A DNA stretch of 63,792 nt, counting the filler, from Reticulomyxa filosa (taxonomy: Eukaryota; Protista; Foraminifera), in the NCBI GenBank assembly GCA_000512085.1. It is 20 parts of 20 records of this genome, joined end to end, with 100 filler letters (N's around TTAATTAATTAA, not from the genome) between each part and the next. Parts side by side here need not be neighbours in the genome. Positions count along the whole stretch, not along the records: positions 34,734 to 39,762 come from ASPP01000602.1; positions 39,863 to 41,030 come from ASPP01025099.1; positions 41,131 to 42,362 come from ASPP01019235.1; positions 42,463 to 43,930 come from ASPP01010522.1; positions 44,031 to 55,393 come from ASPP01044057.1; 15 more parts are not named here. One strand, given 5' to 3'. A model generated the notes under the pieces. The model had not been told where the DNA came from. It worked only from the letters and a program-made list of their open reading frames with translations, and did no database searches. The stretch's first letter is position 1, and each line of letters opens with the position of its first letter. Below, piece by piece: positions 35,880 through 50,204 of this stretch. The translations under genes were made by a program, and so were the position numbers.

Positions 35880-38800
35880 CCTTTTATTTTAATCTGCTTT
35901 TTCATTTCCTGGTTTTTATATTGTCCTTTGATCCAATATATTTCAGGAGATGAACTCGCTCCAAGGTTACATAAGACTTTGATTTGATTTTCATATGTCC
36001 CTGGATTAGTATTGTTTTTATTGACTCATCTTGAATAATAATTCCGACTACTCCAAATCCTGTGTTCTGAAATGTACTGCCATCAACATATAACAACAGT
36101 GTCCCTTTGTAATGATGATAATATTTCTTCTGAAGACTGTTCTGTATATTGTGTAAAAGAAATTTTTATTGAATTAGGAATTTTTTGTGATCTATTAATA
36201 AATTGATGTTCGTCTGTCATAATATGTGGAACTTTTGCTTCATCTGCATCGATACATACTATCGACAGTTTAGATAATTTGCCTTTCCAACAAAAGAATT
36301 CTCCGTTGTGGACTCTATGATTTCCTTCCCATAATTTGTAGTCAATTGACAGATTATCTGTAGTAAGTTTTTTGGATAAACTGATATATTTGTGAATAAT
36401 TTGATTTCTTCTTAGTTCCAATAGTTGAATCTGTGATATAATGTTTACAGTATCGTACGATGTACTATTTATGACTCCAAGTACTCGGTGCATTGCCGTC
36501 TTTGTATACGTTCTAATTTTTTCTTATGTGCTTCTGTTGTCCCATTCCAAAATAGACAGAATATGAAGTATGATTATTTTATAAATTAAAGTATAGATAG
36601 ATACTCTTGTTTGTATTTCTTTATATAAAATAGATGTAACTGCGTTATTGTCAAGTGATACTTGAATTGTTTCCAAGACTAGCAGAAGGTGTTCTGATTT
36701 GTTATGCCATGATCGAAAACCAGTTTGACTATAATGTAATAAATTGTTTCCTTTATTTACCAAATTAGTCTCATTGTTATCATACTCAAGATAATAATGA
36801 TATAGTCTATAATTTTTACACATAATATGATCTCTTTCCGGTTTTGGTATATGTGCGATATTTGCTATCCTCCATAATTTAGGTACATAGTCAATTCGGA
36901 AGCCCAATTAAATGAAATAGCTGGTGAGTCGATCATAGTTTGGCCTCCATTTTTCAACATAAGATTATGTACATTATATTGTCGTTGTACTTTATGTTGT
37001 GCTTTATTGCATCGATTACTTCTTCAGTTATATTTACTTGATGATATTCATTATTGTTGATTTCACTATTTATTTTTGCATTCCTTGACATTGCAACTAT
37101 ATAGCCAATTTCATATTCTATTTGTTGACAATGATTTTCATTTATTGAGCTAGTTTGTTGATGATGCTCCGAAAACCATTTTGCCAGTAAGTTTACTTTT
37201 TCTGTATCTGTTTCAGAAATTTTTTCTGGTTCTTTTGTAGTCGCTGATTTTACCAGTGTTTGTATTATTGAAATTTTATTGTAATTCATATACCTGAATT
37301 TTGCAAATAATTGCTTCATGTTACCTTCATTTAATAATCCAATATTTTTTATTAGAAATTCTTGTTTTTTTCTTCTTAAATTTCTTTTAAGTGCTTTAGC
37401 TTCTTCTTTGTACCTTTTGTAGTTTGGCTATTGTATTTCCTAAATTTTCTTTTAATCGATTTACCTTTTTTCTTTATCGTTGTATAGCATTACTCCGCAA
37501 TGGTTTATTTCACTTCCATATCATTTTCATTCCTATTGTATCTTTTCCAGTCTGAACTATCCAGTTTGTCCAATTATTTACTGCATGGTCTAGTGCATTT
37601 TCATTTTGATCTATTGTACATATTGTTGTTTTCCATATTTGTAGATTTTTCTCTAATTGTTTGGTGTACATTTCCCAATTATTACTACAAAATTTGATTA
37701 TACGATTTTTCTTTTTGGTGTACATTGTAAGTTGTACGTTGCAAGGTTATTTTCTTTTGAACCTCTTGTTCAGCGTTTACATTTTTATTTTTTATTTTTT
37801 CGATAATAATTTGTTCTAGTTTTGTATACTTGATTCCAGATTTTTCACGTGTATCTTGTATTTTTGGGCATAGCAAAAAATCACTACGATGATTTCCTTT
37901 GCATAATGTGCACCTATATTTCCTATGATTTTTCTTAACTCTACAATTTTCTGATTTATGGTTTTGTTTTCCACAAAATTTACATATTTATTTTTTATTA
38001 CAGTCTTCAGAAATGTGGTTTAATCCAAAGCATTTCTTGCATTGTCGAAAGTATCTTCTGGGACGACTCCTATTTACGTCAAAAACTTCTGATTTATTTA
38101 TAACCTATGAAATTGTCTGGTCATTCAGTATCATTTTTACAATAGGCATCTGCTTAAACTTTCAATTTTTTCTATGTTGTATCCACAGTGAGCGTGTTTA
38201 AATAATTGATTCATTTATTTCCAATTAGTTTACATTTTTTAATATCACAAATCTATTTTTTCCGGATTTGTATTTCTTCTTGTTTCAGTTTTCTTTTCTC
38301 TTCTGCATATGAACTATTATAAATACTACGTTTTGGAGTAATAACATTGTCTTCTATGTTTTTTAAATTTATATTTTCAATCGTTTGCTGATTGTTAAAT
38401 AGTTTTGCCACTTCTAATTCTTTCGTCAAGATCTCTTTAGAAAAATGAACATATACTGTTTTCCAGGTCATTGAGAACGTATGTGTCAAAATTTTGTTTG
38501 CAATTTTCCCTAAAAATTTCAATAATGCAGATGGTGATAATAATGCACGCCCTTTTACAAGAGTGATAACAATTGTAGAGTTCTGTTACAAAAGTAAACT
38601 CTCCTAGTTTTTCTATTTTGTTTTCATATATTTTCTTTATTTATTCCTTCTTTCTTTTTTTCTTCATTTCCCAACGTTCTTATATCTGTAGTGCTAGTTT
38701 ATACATTATGTCCAATTGGTTCCAGTTCCGGAATTTTATGTTTTTTGCTTTTTAGTATTTGGTTCCGATCCACAATCATAATTGTGGTTTTCCAGTTTAT

Positions 38801-38922
38801 GTGTTTGTGAATGTTTTTTTCGTAATATAAGGCGACAACGTATCTCCTTGTACAATAAGTTTACCATCTGCTGGATTATTATTTTGTTCAGATTGTTGTA
38901 TCAATTCATTATTTCCATCCAT
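35880..38922 (-). mobile_element. Decayed, internally deleted non-LTR retrotransposon (I/Jockey-group-like): gag-like ORF1 with 3 zinc knuckles, RT fragments, RNase H
   Basis: QCKKCFGLNHISEDC, CKFCGKQNHKSENC and CTLCKGNHRSDFLLC at about 38045-37865; RT N-terminus YVPKLWRIANIAHIPKPERDH..KNYR and QTGFR; thumb region HRVLGV..STSY..LELRR; RNase H YVDGS...GFG. Many stops and frameshifts. Confidence 0.9.
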
Positions 38923-39862
38923 TGAGATTTATTTCTGCAATAAACGTGTCTCTTGTTTTTTTATTGCAATAGTTAAATATTATTATTAAATACTTTTCCG
39001 AAAACGTATTCTTCAAAATTTTCTTTTGGGAAACACTTTCGAGCTTCTTGCTGCCAAGACTGATGTAACCTATGCTGAAAAACTGCAGATTAGAAAAAGG
39101 TTGCAACCAGAAATGGTTGCTGCTGTTTAAGTCTTGTTGAAATCGTCACTTTTTTAACCAGTTGGTGTCGTTGGTATAGAATTATTTTTTAAGTTTCACT
39201 TGTTGCGTTATGCTATATTTGATAATAACTTTATCAAAATCATCATAAATCTAATTTTATCTTAAATTGCACATTATAGAAATAATTATTTTTTTCCTCA
39301 TAAGAACAGCATTAAAATCTCATAATATATTTTCTCAATTTTAATACAATTGCATCGTTTTTAAAGAGTAAAATTTAAATTTGAAGATTTACAAAATCCA
39401 TATAACAAATAAATCTTTTTTAAAGATGCAATAAGTGAATATTGAACTTATCTTTTTTGTCCTTTGAATAATTTTCTGAAGTTAGATCATGTAAAAATAC
39501 ACAGTAATATTCTTACATGATCTTGAGCTTGCATGTCTTATACTATTATGGCATTTGGAATCTTCAAAATATTTCTTGATTTTCATTATCATCTAAACTC
39601 CTTGGCATACAGATGGAAATTATTGACCTTATTTTCAATCTGAACTAACATTTGATTCATTTAATTCAGAGCCAATATGACTTTATATTCGAAAGAATAC
39701 ATTATCGTTCGTTGTCGTAATTCATGATATTCAAAATAAAACTATTCTGAAAATACTCAAAANNNNNNNNNNNNNNNNNNNNNNNNNNNNNNNNNNNNNN
39801 NNNNNNTTAATTAATTAANNNNNNNNNNNNNNNNNNNNNNNNNNNNNNNNNNNNNNNNNNNN

Positions 39863-41030
39863 AATAATATTGTGATATGGAGAAATATCTACCCTCGTAA
39901 CAGCTTCAGAATGTCCTTCTAATTTTTGTATTTCTATTCCTAATAGCATATCCCATAAACGAATTGTCTTATCATGTGAGCAAGATACAATAGTTTTTCC
40001 ATCGACAGAAAAAATCGCATCAGTTATCACATTGGAATGTCCTTCCAATATTTGAATATAATCCTCTGTTCTCATATCATATATTTTAGTGTATCCCTCA
40101 AGAGAGAATAAAAGGATATAACGACCATCGGGAGAAAATAATGCCTTTAATATACAATCAGAGTGTCTCAGTTCATGAACTTTTTCGATCAAGTTAATAT
40201 TCCATATTCCAATGGTCTCATCATCAGATGCCGCAATAATCGTTTGTCCATCGGGTGAAAATTGTACACTATTGATGGCACCTAAGTGACCTTCAATGTT
40301 CACAAGTTCTTGTCCAGTATCTACATCCCATAATCGGATGGTTTGATCGTATGAGCCTGATACAATCATTTTGGAAATGGATGAAAATTGAACTCTTGTT
40401 ACACCATTAAAATGACCAATCAATTTTCGAATCTCCAAATATGATTTTGCATCCCACAATCGAATTGTTGTATCATTTGAACATGATACAATCATTTCAC
40501 CATTTAGTGAAAATTGTGCATCATTAACGATATCAGTATGTCCCTGCAATATTCCTAATTGATTTCCTGTTTTCACATCCCACACTCGAATAGTTGTATC
40601 ATTAGAAGCTGAAACAATATTGCTTCCATCTGGTGAAAATTTTACACAGTTTACAAAATCTAAATGCCCTTGGAGGACTTTTGACGCTTTGAAATACTTT
40701 GGCTATTTGAAATTTGCACTTTTTTTTTAAAAAAAAAAATAGATACATATATATATGTATATATGTATATATTTATCTCATTTACCAAAGCATATCGTAA
40801 AACAATCATTTCTAAATCATCAATCCACATAAAACATATATCTGCTAATCTAAGCCAATATTCAACTATTAAGTGTATCTCATTTCCTCTGTTTTTTTTT
40901 TTTAAAAAAAAAAGCATATCGCTCTTTTTTTCACTCTCTCCTCCAAGCACGAAGCAAACAAAAATGAATGGTCAAACTTTCAGCTTTTTCAAGTCAAATT
41001 CTTGGCCAAGTCCTTCGATATCCTCTTTCA
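39863..41030 (-). CDS. WD40-repeat protein, partial at both ends
   Basis: About 7 GH...FS.DG..IVS.S.D.TIR.WD repeats, with an N-terminal helical exon EIHLIVEYWLR...WIDD. Confidence 0.9.
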
Positions 41031-41725
41031 NNNNNNNNNNNNNNNNNNNNNNNNNNNNNNNNNNNNNNNNNNNNTTAATTAATTAANNNNNNNNNNNNNN
41101 NNNNNNNNNNNNNNNNNNNNNNNNNNNNNNTCCAAGCACTTGGTCTTCCTAAACAAGTGCGAATGCATTCTAACCCCAAAATGATAATTATGAAGAAATA
41201 CAATGATAATATTGCTGAAACTATAAACGCGCTCAGGATAAAAAAGGAACTGTATCTGAGAGGTGGAAAAAACCTATGATTCAAAGTGACAACAACAATA
41301 TAAATACTGGAGAATCGCACGGTATGTCTGCAAGAAGTGAGCAACAGAGACAACAATGTCATTATGTTGTAGACTGTTGAAAAATTTCTTTGCTAGTAAT
41401 ATCAAATTATTTGTTCTTTCATAATAAAAACGCTAACTCAACAAATAATTCTGCAAGTGCCTGATGTTAAACACAAGCAACATTATAAAAGAAAAACGCA
41501 AAACAAATTGTCCAGACAATAACAAAATGAAAGCCCAAAACTGGGGGTGAATCTGTTAACCTCAAAAATACAAAAAAAAGTGCATAAACAGAGCGAAGCG
41601 CAATCGAATAAGTTTGTGAGTAAGCAATAAGTAAAAGAAGGAAGTAGATAGAGAGGAAAAAAAAAAAATTGAAAGAAAATAAAACAAAAGATAATGAAAT
41701 CAAATTAAAGCAAATTAATCAATAA

Positions 41726-42305
41726 TCAATCAATATCCATGATATCCTGTTCATCAAAACCAGCAGAGACAGAGACAGAAGAATCAGTATGAGGATGATC
41801 GGACGGACTAGTAGGAGTAGCGTCAACGACCATCTTCCAGAGTTTGATGAGCCCATCATCACTGGCAGTAGCAAAAATGACAACTTGTTTGGAGTCGGTG
41901 GTGACAATTTGCGGTCCAAACTCAATCCAGTTGATGTCTTCTTCATGCGCATTGGAAAAAGTGATGTAATTCTTCCACTTGGCATTGTCAAAGTCACTCC
42001 AAATTTGGAAGGAGTTGTCCCCGCTGCAAAAGGCAACCCAGTTGTTGGCAAGCATCTTTGAAGAGCGAAGCCAATCGCAATGATAGATCGGGTCGTTGTG
42101 TAAGTTGTTCCATTGACATTTCACTTTGTAAGCAGGGCTATTCGAATTGCGGTCATTATCAACTCCGTCTCGAGTCCATAAAATGGCACTACGATCAGCA
42201 GAGACTGATATAAACTGTTGTCCATTCGGACTAAAACAGAGGCTCCAAACTGTGTTTGAGTGTCTTCTTAAAGTTTGTACACATTGATAATCATCTCCAT
42301 CGCCT
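41726..42305 (-). CDS. CIAO1: Cytosolic Fe-S assembly WD40 protein CIAO1/Cia1, 5'-truncated
   Basis: DDYQCVQTL..HSNTVWSL.F, H...IY...W, AHEEDIN.+.+.P and ATASDDG.IKLW. Confidence 0.85.
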
Positions 42306-42508
42306 ATGATTTATATATGTATATATATATATTATATATATATATATGTATATATATATATANNNNNNNNNNNNNNNNNNNNNNNNNNNNNNNNNNNNNN
42401 NNNNNNTTAATTAATTAANNNNNNNNNNNNNNNNNNNNNNNNNNNNNNNNNNNNNNNNNNNNATATACATACATATACATACATATACATATATGTATGT
42501 AAATGTAG

Positions 42509-43855
42509 TTTAATGTAGCCGAGTCTGTGAATTTTGCAACCAGCGATTGGCTAGCCTATGGGCTGAAATGCGCCAATCGCTATCGTTTGTTTGGGCGTCG
42601 ACAAGCATTTCCGCATTTTGAATTGGTTTGCAAAATGGTGAACAAATGCGACAAATTGGACAAGGATACAATAGAATGGCTTTGGGATAACTTCATATAC
42701 ATGTACAATGAACACTACGACTTTTTAAAGACCATGCTGCAAGCAAATATCACGCGGGGTCGACCGTGGGATTTTGATCCTTCGGACTATGCCGCTCACC
42801 AAGAGGACATTGAAGAGCTAGAAAAACAGCAATATCAATCCGACGGTATATATATATGTATATGTATATGTATATGTATGCGTCTCTCGTCTCATATTCC
42901 ATTCTGACTTGCAACATTGATAGGAACGGGACGCATGCGTTACAGCGAAGCGCAAGACTTGTCCATCGAAGATGTGGAATGTGTGGTATGCAACCACGGC
43001 CTGTACTGCGCCATTGTTCGGTGCCAATGCAAGCCATCGGCGGTGACATGTCATTTGCATTACAAAGACATTTGCACGTGCCAAATGAGCAACAAGTGGT
43101 TCGAGTATCGATACAACCTAACGTGGTTTGAAGAGACAAAGATAAAATTGGCCAGCATTGCCAATGCCACGTACGACGAAAGCAGTGGACGATATCTCGC
43201 GGGAAGGTCCAAAGAAAACTACGAAATATTGACCAAGTCCAGTGACGACATTGTCATCACCACCATTTCTGCAAATCCGATGCTGCTTCAAAGCGAATTC
43301 ACTAATCGCTATGGCAAGATATTGGCCAATTACACCACTCAACTCGTCGCCAAAGTGAGTTTGTGTGTTGTAGTTGTTTTTTTTTTTTTTGTAACTTAAC
43401 AAAAAAAAAAAAAAAAAGTCTCTCTCTCGAAATACACAAATCACATTAGCTCGACGATCGCCTGCCAATGGTACAATCGAAAAAAGAAAAAATGACGTTC
43501 GAAGAATTGAACCACTTGAAGCACGCGTGCGAATGCGTGGTGTGGTGCCATTTTGACAACGACACGGTCAACGGACATTTGGACAGGGTGCGCAAGCACT
43601 TCGACCAAACAATTCACCATTACAGCAAAGTCACCACCATTTTATGGGATGCGCTGACGTGTTGTCAGCAGATGAACGCGTTTTCCGAGGAGTTGACGCA
43701 GCTGACACAAAACGGGACGCAAGAGGAAATCGAGGAATGCCTGCGACGAACGTCTGTCTTTCCAAAGAAGCTCAAATTATCCAAAATTCAAGAAGCCTAT
43801 AATGAGCTTCAACGACTGCATGTAGATATGACTTCTTTTTTGACTGTGCCCCAAG
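42509..43855 (+). CDS. KDM5: KDM5/JARID1-type histone demethylase fragment (JmjC end + C5HC2 zinc finger)
   Basis: FNVAESVNFATSDWL.YG......Y....R...F.H.EL, and C..C...LY...+.C.C.....C..H...+C.C.......YRY. Confidence 0.88.
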
Positions 43856-44036
43856 TGATTTCATTTATCAGTTGATACACATACATACATAAACATATAT
43901 ACATATGCATATATATATTTATATATATATNNNNNNNNNNNNNNNNNNNNNNNNNNNNNNNNNNNNNNNNNNNNTTAATTAATTAANNNNNNNNNNNNNN
44001 NNNNNNNNNNNNNNNNNNNNNNNNNNNNNNAAAAAA

Positions 44037-44069
<33 letters not shown>

Positions 44070-44129
44070 TTGCCTCTCACTTCTGTTTTATACGTGTTTT
44101 TTTTTAAAAAAATAACAAAATTGAAAAGA

Positions 44130-47100
44130 ATACCAGTTTTGGCACGTATGGCAGAATCAACAAGTTCGTACCTATGCACAAGAATTGACGGGCATTGGAG
44201 CCCAACATTCAAATGCAGAGATGCTCCAGCAATGCATTCGTTTTGAGTTGCTTAAAGAAATCGTGATGGATTGCATAACAGAAAAATGCAGTGTTCCACT
44301 GGAGATTCAGGAACGAATGGAAGAAAAGAGTGCCATGGACGATCGGTTTCCGATTGCAGAAAGAATGGCGTCGTTACATGCTTTGGTTGCACAGTTTCAT
44401 AACTTAGATAAACATGCCAATATGCAAGAAATCCGCAAAGCATGCGCGGATATCCAACTCACACCGGTCCGAAAAAATAAAGAAATACCCTTGGGTAACA
44501 TCACTGTGCTTGAAACACAGGCGCCAACACGTCTTTTGAGAATCTACTTTTTCTCAGAAGAACAAGCGACTGGTGATCAAAACAAACAATTTTTTGTTCG
44601 GCTTCGGTCTTCGTCAATTGATAGTTTGAAATTTATCACATTATCTTTTATATTGCATTATGACAACAAAATATATTGTTTCGACAACAACAAAATTATA
44701 ATAAGCATATAAATATGTATTTCCTTCTTCTACATTTTTTTTTTGGTCAGATGAACCGAGCTATGCACTAACGTTTGACCCAAATACACCAGGATTTTAT
44801 TTCAAAGATTTCAAAGTGAAAGCTAAAACTAAATACACAGCCGTAGTACATGATGGAAAAAAGCAAGTAGAGAAAGGAGACGCTGGAGAAAACCAAAACG
44901 TGATCTTTTTTAAAAAAAAGAGGCTTATCGCGGCCTTTTTGAAGAAAAATGAGCTCTCGGACAGGAACATTTTCGAGCATTTGTTGGCAAGCTGTGCTCA
45001 TCGACCACTTGATTTCGTGTTGTCCGTCCGTAAGGATTTGGAGCAACAGTTCAAGGTGGAAGGTGAATATGTGCACGTGTACTACAACTCGTTTCTCGAC
45101 AACATCCAAGAGATAGCAACAGTTGGGTATACTGTGCAACCACTTCACAGCAAAAGAAAAAAAAAAAAAAATATATATCTATACAATTTACATTGTATAT
45201 AGTTGTACAAGTTAGCATTTTTGACGGAAGAGATGAAGCGATACCCAAACATACCTGTGATTGTATTGACACCGATGCAGCTGTTGGCAGCGGTGCGAGT
45301 GTGTAGCGAGCAAGAAGACCAGGGGTCTCTGTCAATAGTGCGTGACATGTTGTTACGTCACGTGTTGAGTTACGAGACGACAGCGAGCATGTCATTGCTA
45401 AGTGGATTGGACCAGCTATGCTTGGTGCCATGTTGGAACTACTTGGCAGAGAAGAGAATGCCGATGATGAAATACAGTAACAAGGATACGAAAGGAGAGG
45501 AGAAGGACAAAGTAGCACAACGATGCATGGAGATATTGCAAACGGACATGTGCGTTCGACAGCTACCTCATCGGCAAGTGCAGCGCTATGGGGAAGTGGA
45601 ATTGATAATGTTTCTAAATATTCGAAACGACCACGCATTGTCGCAACACGTGGTAATGAAAGACCTGTTCGACAAAACTGCACTTTTGCCAGGGCCGCTG
45701 CAGAAAGAGATGTGGAAGAGACTGTTCGACATAGAGTACTATTGGATGGTGGTGTTTCACGCGCTTGAGTATGATGTGGATAAATGGCGTATATTCACAG
45801 ATGAACTGATGGGATGTCGAGTGATGTCGGAGGATGAGTGTCAGAGATTGCTTTTGTCAGTGTTTTGTAAAGACAGCTTTTGTAAGATGGTCTTGTCTTC
45901 GCCACACTTTTTGCAAGATTTTTTGAAGATGATGGTGTCGATGAAAAAAGTATGGCGTGAGGATGGAGACATTGTCAACACCATTTCCAAATTGATCCCT
46001 TTTGACTGTTTGTACAACGCCACTATGATTTCCCTGCTCTTGGGCTTTTTATGGAAAAGTATGTCCTCGGCCAACTCCATTGCCGACGTGGTGACCATCA
46101 CGTGCAAAATACTTGAGAAACTTCAGGAAGATTCGAAATTGCATGCCATTTGGATCGATTTGTTTGCCCTCCCTTATGATCGTAATGACACGACAACGAC
46201 ACATTGGAAAGACTGTCTGGCAAGGTCTTTAAAGACTTGGCTAACACTCCTCTTTGCTTTCGTCACAAAGTGTTTCACTTGCTATCGATACCTGCGTTTT
46301 GGACCATTCCCGATCACTTCCATCACGAATTCTTGATGGAGCTGGAACAGCATGCACGTGACATTGCCATTGAGGGCACGTTTTGGACTAATGACGATCT
46401 TCAACTGGTCGAACGTTGCTTATCGCAGAAATCGATATCAGCCATCCTATTTGATCGCGTGTTCATGAGGATGATTCATTGGCCCACTCATCGACATCCC
46501 AGTGCAGTCGATGAACACAAGGATGACGAGAAAAAGATGGAAATAGTCGGTCCCATTGCTGCAACAGCTGTGGATCAATTGCTGATGGAGTTGGACTACC
46601 TCTTCAAATGCAACCAGTGGATGAACATTGCCATCACGTATCGCAAACACATTAGGGCCTTGGACGGGCTCGTCGGACAAGTGGCCAAACATTTGCGCTC
46701 GCTGTTCGAACAGGCTCAAAAGAAAACCATTGCCATTGTCGTGTGTCGGCGCATTGCAGATTCAGATATCAATCAACATCTTTGTTCGTGGCACAAGGCT
46801 TTGCGATCTGAGGTGCAATGCGATGCACAAGCGTTTGATCAGACCATTTGCGCATATCGCGATTTTGACACCATTGTCAAACTCTTTAGTCAAGTGTTTA
46901 CACGCTATTTAATCGTCCAAGACATCTCCGCCGATTTGAGCCAATTCAAAAAAGATTGTGAAAATATGCGTCTCGAATCGTTTCACGACTTTCTCGACAA
47001 ACGCAATAAGGTCTTCCAACAGTTAAAAACCTATCAAAAGACAATGCAGACTTTGAAAGATTTGATCGAAAGCCATGCCTTCTCCAGTCTCTGGAACATC

Positions 47101-48816
47101 TCCAAGGCCAATTACAAAGACTTTCCTACATTGATGACTGATCATTTTAAGCAAGTTCTTGCAAAGTGGACTGATCTTGCATCGGTATGCTCTTACACAC
47201 ATACATACATGCTCAAATAATTTTTTTTTTTTTTTTTTTTTTTTTGGGATTAAACCAAATGCTTGGTTCAAAATAGAATATTGAAAATCAAAAACTACGA
47301 TTAAGAGATATAAATCTGTTCCCGGCAGATGCCTGGAACAGGGAACTGAAACTTTTGTTTCCCAACAAAACACAAACTCAAATTAAAAAATGGTCGGCGA
47401 TGCTCAAAGAGCAAATGCAAAAGATAGACAATTGGAGAAACATGATGGTGGTTTGGAGAGAGTTTGAGATGGCGGTGCGAACGATAAGAGACTGCCATCC
47501 ATACAAGGAGAAAATCCAAAACAACAAGGAATGGACAGACTTTGTAAAGATGATAGACGAAAGAGAAGACAACTCAAACGCACTGATAAGTGACCTAACA
47601 AAGATATACGAGGAATGTTGCAAGCACTTTGACAAAGATTTGTTTGGATCTTCGACAGAGGAGCTGCGTCAATGTCGAAAATTTATGCAAATGTGTAATA
47701 AAAACCAGGCCAACATTCGGCGGCTGACGGATACACACTTTATGGACAACACGAGTTTCGAGAAAATAATCGAAATTTTAAGTGATAATAAAGAGAAGCG
47801 TCATCAACACCTGATCAATGCTTTGCCCATGGTGAGAACGTGCTTTCAAACGCATCTGTGGGACAAGCCCTTTGCAACTGCCACGACACTGGCATTAAGT
47901 CTGCTGCAAATGCACAAGTCCAAAAACTTGGTGGAAGCGTGGGGACACTGCTGCGATGAGGATCTGGGCGACATTGTCAAGCGAATCAAAGAAGCCGAAA
48001 AATCGGTGGGAGAAAGAAATAAAGGTATTTTGGACCGAGCCTTGGAAAATGGAAAGTGGGCGTTTGTCCGTCATGAAGATATGCCAGAGGATGAAAAAAA
48101 GGAGGAAGTGGAGAGCAAACATGTCGAAGTACCTCCTCCTCCTCCTCATCATCATCATCACCATCGTAAGCATCATGAACGTACTCGCCATACAAAATGT
48201 AAACCATATGAAACCACCCACTTGGAGCTGCACATTGAAGAGGACGTACTGACCTGTGAAGATGTGGACCATCTCATCGACCGAGTGCTGCTAATATGTT
48301 TTCTGACAAGACGGAACTGCAATTGCTGGAAAATTTTCGGACACAGTTTGAACTATGCAAGGAAATACACATACTGATCCTCGAATTTTGGCAAAAGGGA
48401 GGACGCAAACATGGAAACGACGACTTATGTTATCCGGTTCAAGATGTGCCCGAATGGTTTGAGAAGAAAAAAGTAATATGGAAAAACACATTGGAAAGGT
48501 GGGAAAATGATCGTTTCCAACTTCGAAAACAGTACGTTTCATTAAACTACTTTTGTATCAACGAAGGTTCGGTCTTGGACAGATCCACAATCCAAGTCCA
48601 TCCGGTCAAACATGAGACAGTACATCGATGCTGTGGTCTCCAAATACATTGTTCCGTTCTTGCAACGGATCGACAGTCGATTCAATGAACACAATCTTTT
48701 TGACTTCCTCAGACAATGAAAACACACCGATCCCGATGCAAGTTAAAATCTTCTTTTTCTATTACCGGTTTGTACTCAACCACTGCACACTTTGGTTTGG
48801 AGCACAACATAGATGA
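44130..48816 (+). pseudogene. Large RNF213-like helical protein fragment with several frameshifts
   Basis: Long helical ORFs in shifting frames. LTCEDVDHLIDRVLL, a G-containing helix and W......LR..Y..LNYF resemble the RNF213 segment preceding the AAA+ core. Confidence 0.45.
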
Positions 48817-49082
48817 TAATTTATTTTTCTTCTGGAAAAAATTCTCCTCAATAATTTATCTTTTTGTCAATTTTTGCTGAAATTTGTTTACAAGAGTTGT
48901 ATGTTCAATATTTGTTATTAATCAAATACGATACTTATTAAATTTTATAGAACCAATAAACAAGAAAAAAAATTGTCAATACTATTTTGTAGTAAAGCAT
49001 GTTTCGTCCGTAAATCAAACGTTGGATGAGCATATTGCTCTTCTTTTTGGTCTCGGGTTATTTCGTGTTTTATTGATAAGTA

Positions 49083-50086
49083 TTAAATTGAAATAACTTT
49101 GATAAGAGTGTATGATTTTTTTCCGACTTTACTGTTCATGCATAGCCGAAATAAAGGGGAACATAATAGGAGGCTTGATACTAGATATACTGAATAACGC
49201 AGCCATATTGGTCTAAGGCCTTGATTTATTGATTAATTAATTTTTTGTTTGTTTGTTTGTTTGGAGAAGAAAAAGCAAATAATCAAACCTGGTCTCAGCT
49301 GCACTAAATATTTTTCTTTGTAACCGGGAATATCAATGATATCACTGACACTCTGATGGACATCTCTTCGATTTTCTAAAACAAATGCCGCTCGCTTTTC
49401 ATTCCAATCATTTTGAGTTTCATCATTGGCGAATTGGAGTAGCTTGTAAATATTTAATTTGGTCAAGTCGTATTCGTCTAAGCTGTCATAGGACGCAGAC
49501 TGATCTGTCACTATCCTTGGAGAGTATGTTCGTCTTGCAGTATGCGTTACCACTTTTTCTTGATAGGTTTCCGTTCGAAAATGCGTTTGTCCATTGATTT
49601 GATAGGACACTTTGGGTTTATTTGTTTGCTTCTTTCACTTTTTCATTTTTAAGTCAAAAAAAAAAAAGAAGAGCACCTAGACGAGTTCGTGTTTCATAGT
49701 GAAAGCATTCAATATACCAGGAAAAGGTGGCGTGTGCCGTTCGTAAATCGGTTAACACATCGTGCAGAGTTTGAATATCGCCAACAATATTTTTCAAATA
49801 TTTCCCATATTGACTAAATATGAAGAATTCCCCGTAATAGATCATCGCCACAAATGAGAACACAATGTACCAAACAAATCCGTACCACGATACTGAAGCG
49901 GTCCAATCGCACGGAAAGCTGCAGTTATATTCATACTCACTCTCTCCACATCCGTAATATGTGTACGGACATGTTTTGTTACAATATCGAGACTTTCCAG
50001 TTTCGCACACTATTTTGATGGTGACCAATGTCCACCCAAGTATTGTGAATATCCACGACCACGTGTTGGGTGACTCTTTACACCCT
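49083..50086 (-). CDS. TMEM151-family domain (three exons)
   Basis: YLKNI...L....ATFSWYIECFHYETRTR, EKVVTH.A...Y.....D.S, LTKL...K...FA, ENRRD......DIPG.K; ends YTLIKVISI* (TAA 49083-49085). Confidence 0.82.
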
Positions 50087-50204
50087 TTCACAAAGTCCGT
50101 TTTTTTTTTTTTTTTTTTTTTTCTTTTGAATTGGACGTGCACAGACTTGTTACTAATCATTCAACAATACAATAAAAAAAAAAAGAATGATTGTTGTAAA
50201 TACC

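Noticed and set aside
42305-42509. Divergent CIAO1/KDM5 pair with a shared promoter
   Set aside because: Both genes are truncated mid-intron at an artificial spacer, so adjacency is not established.
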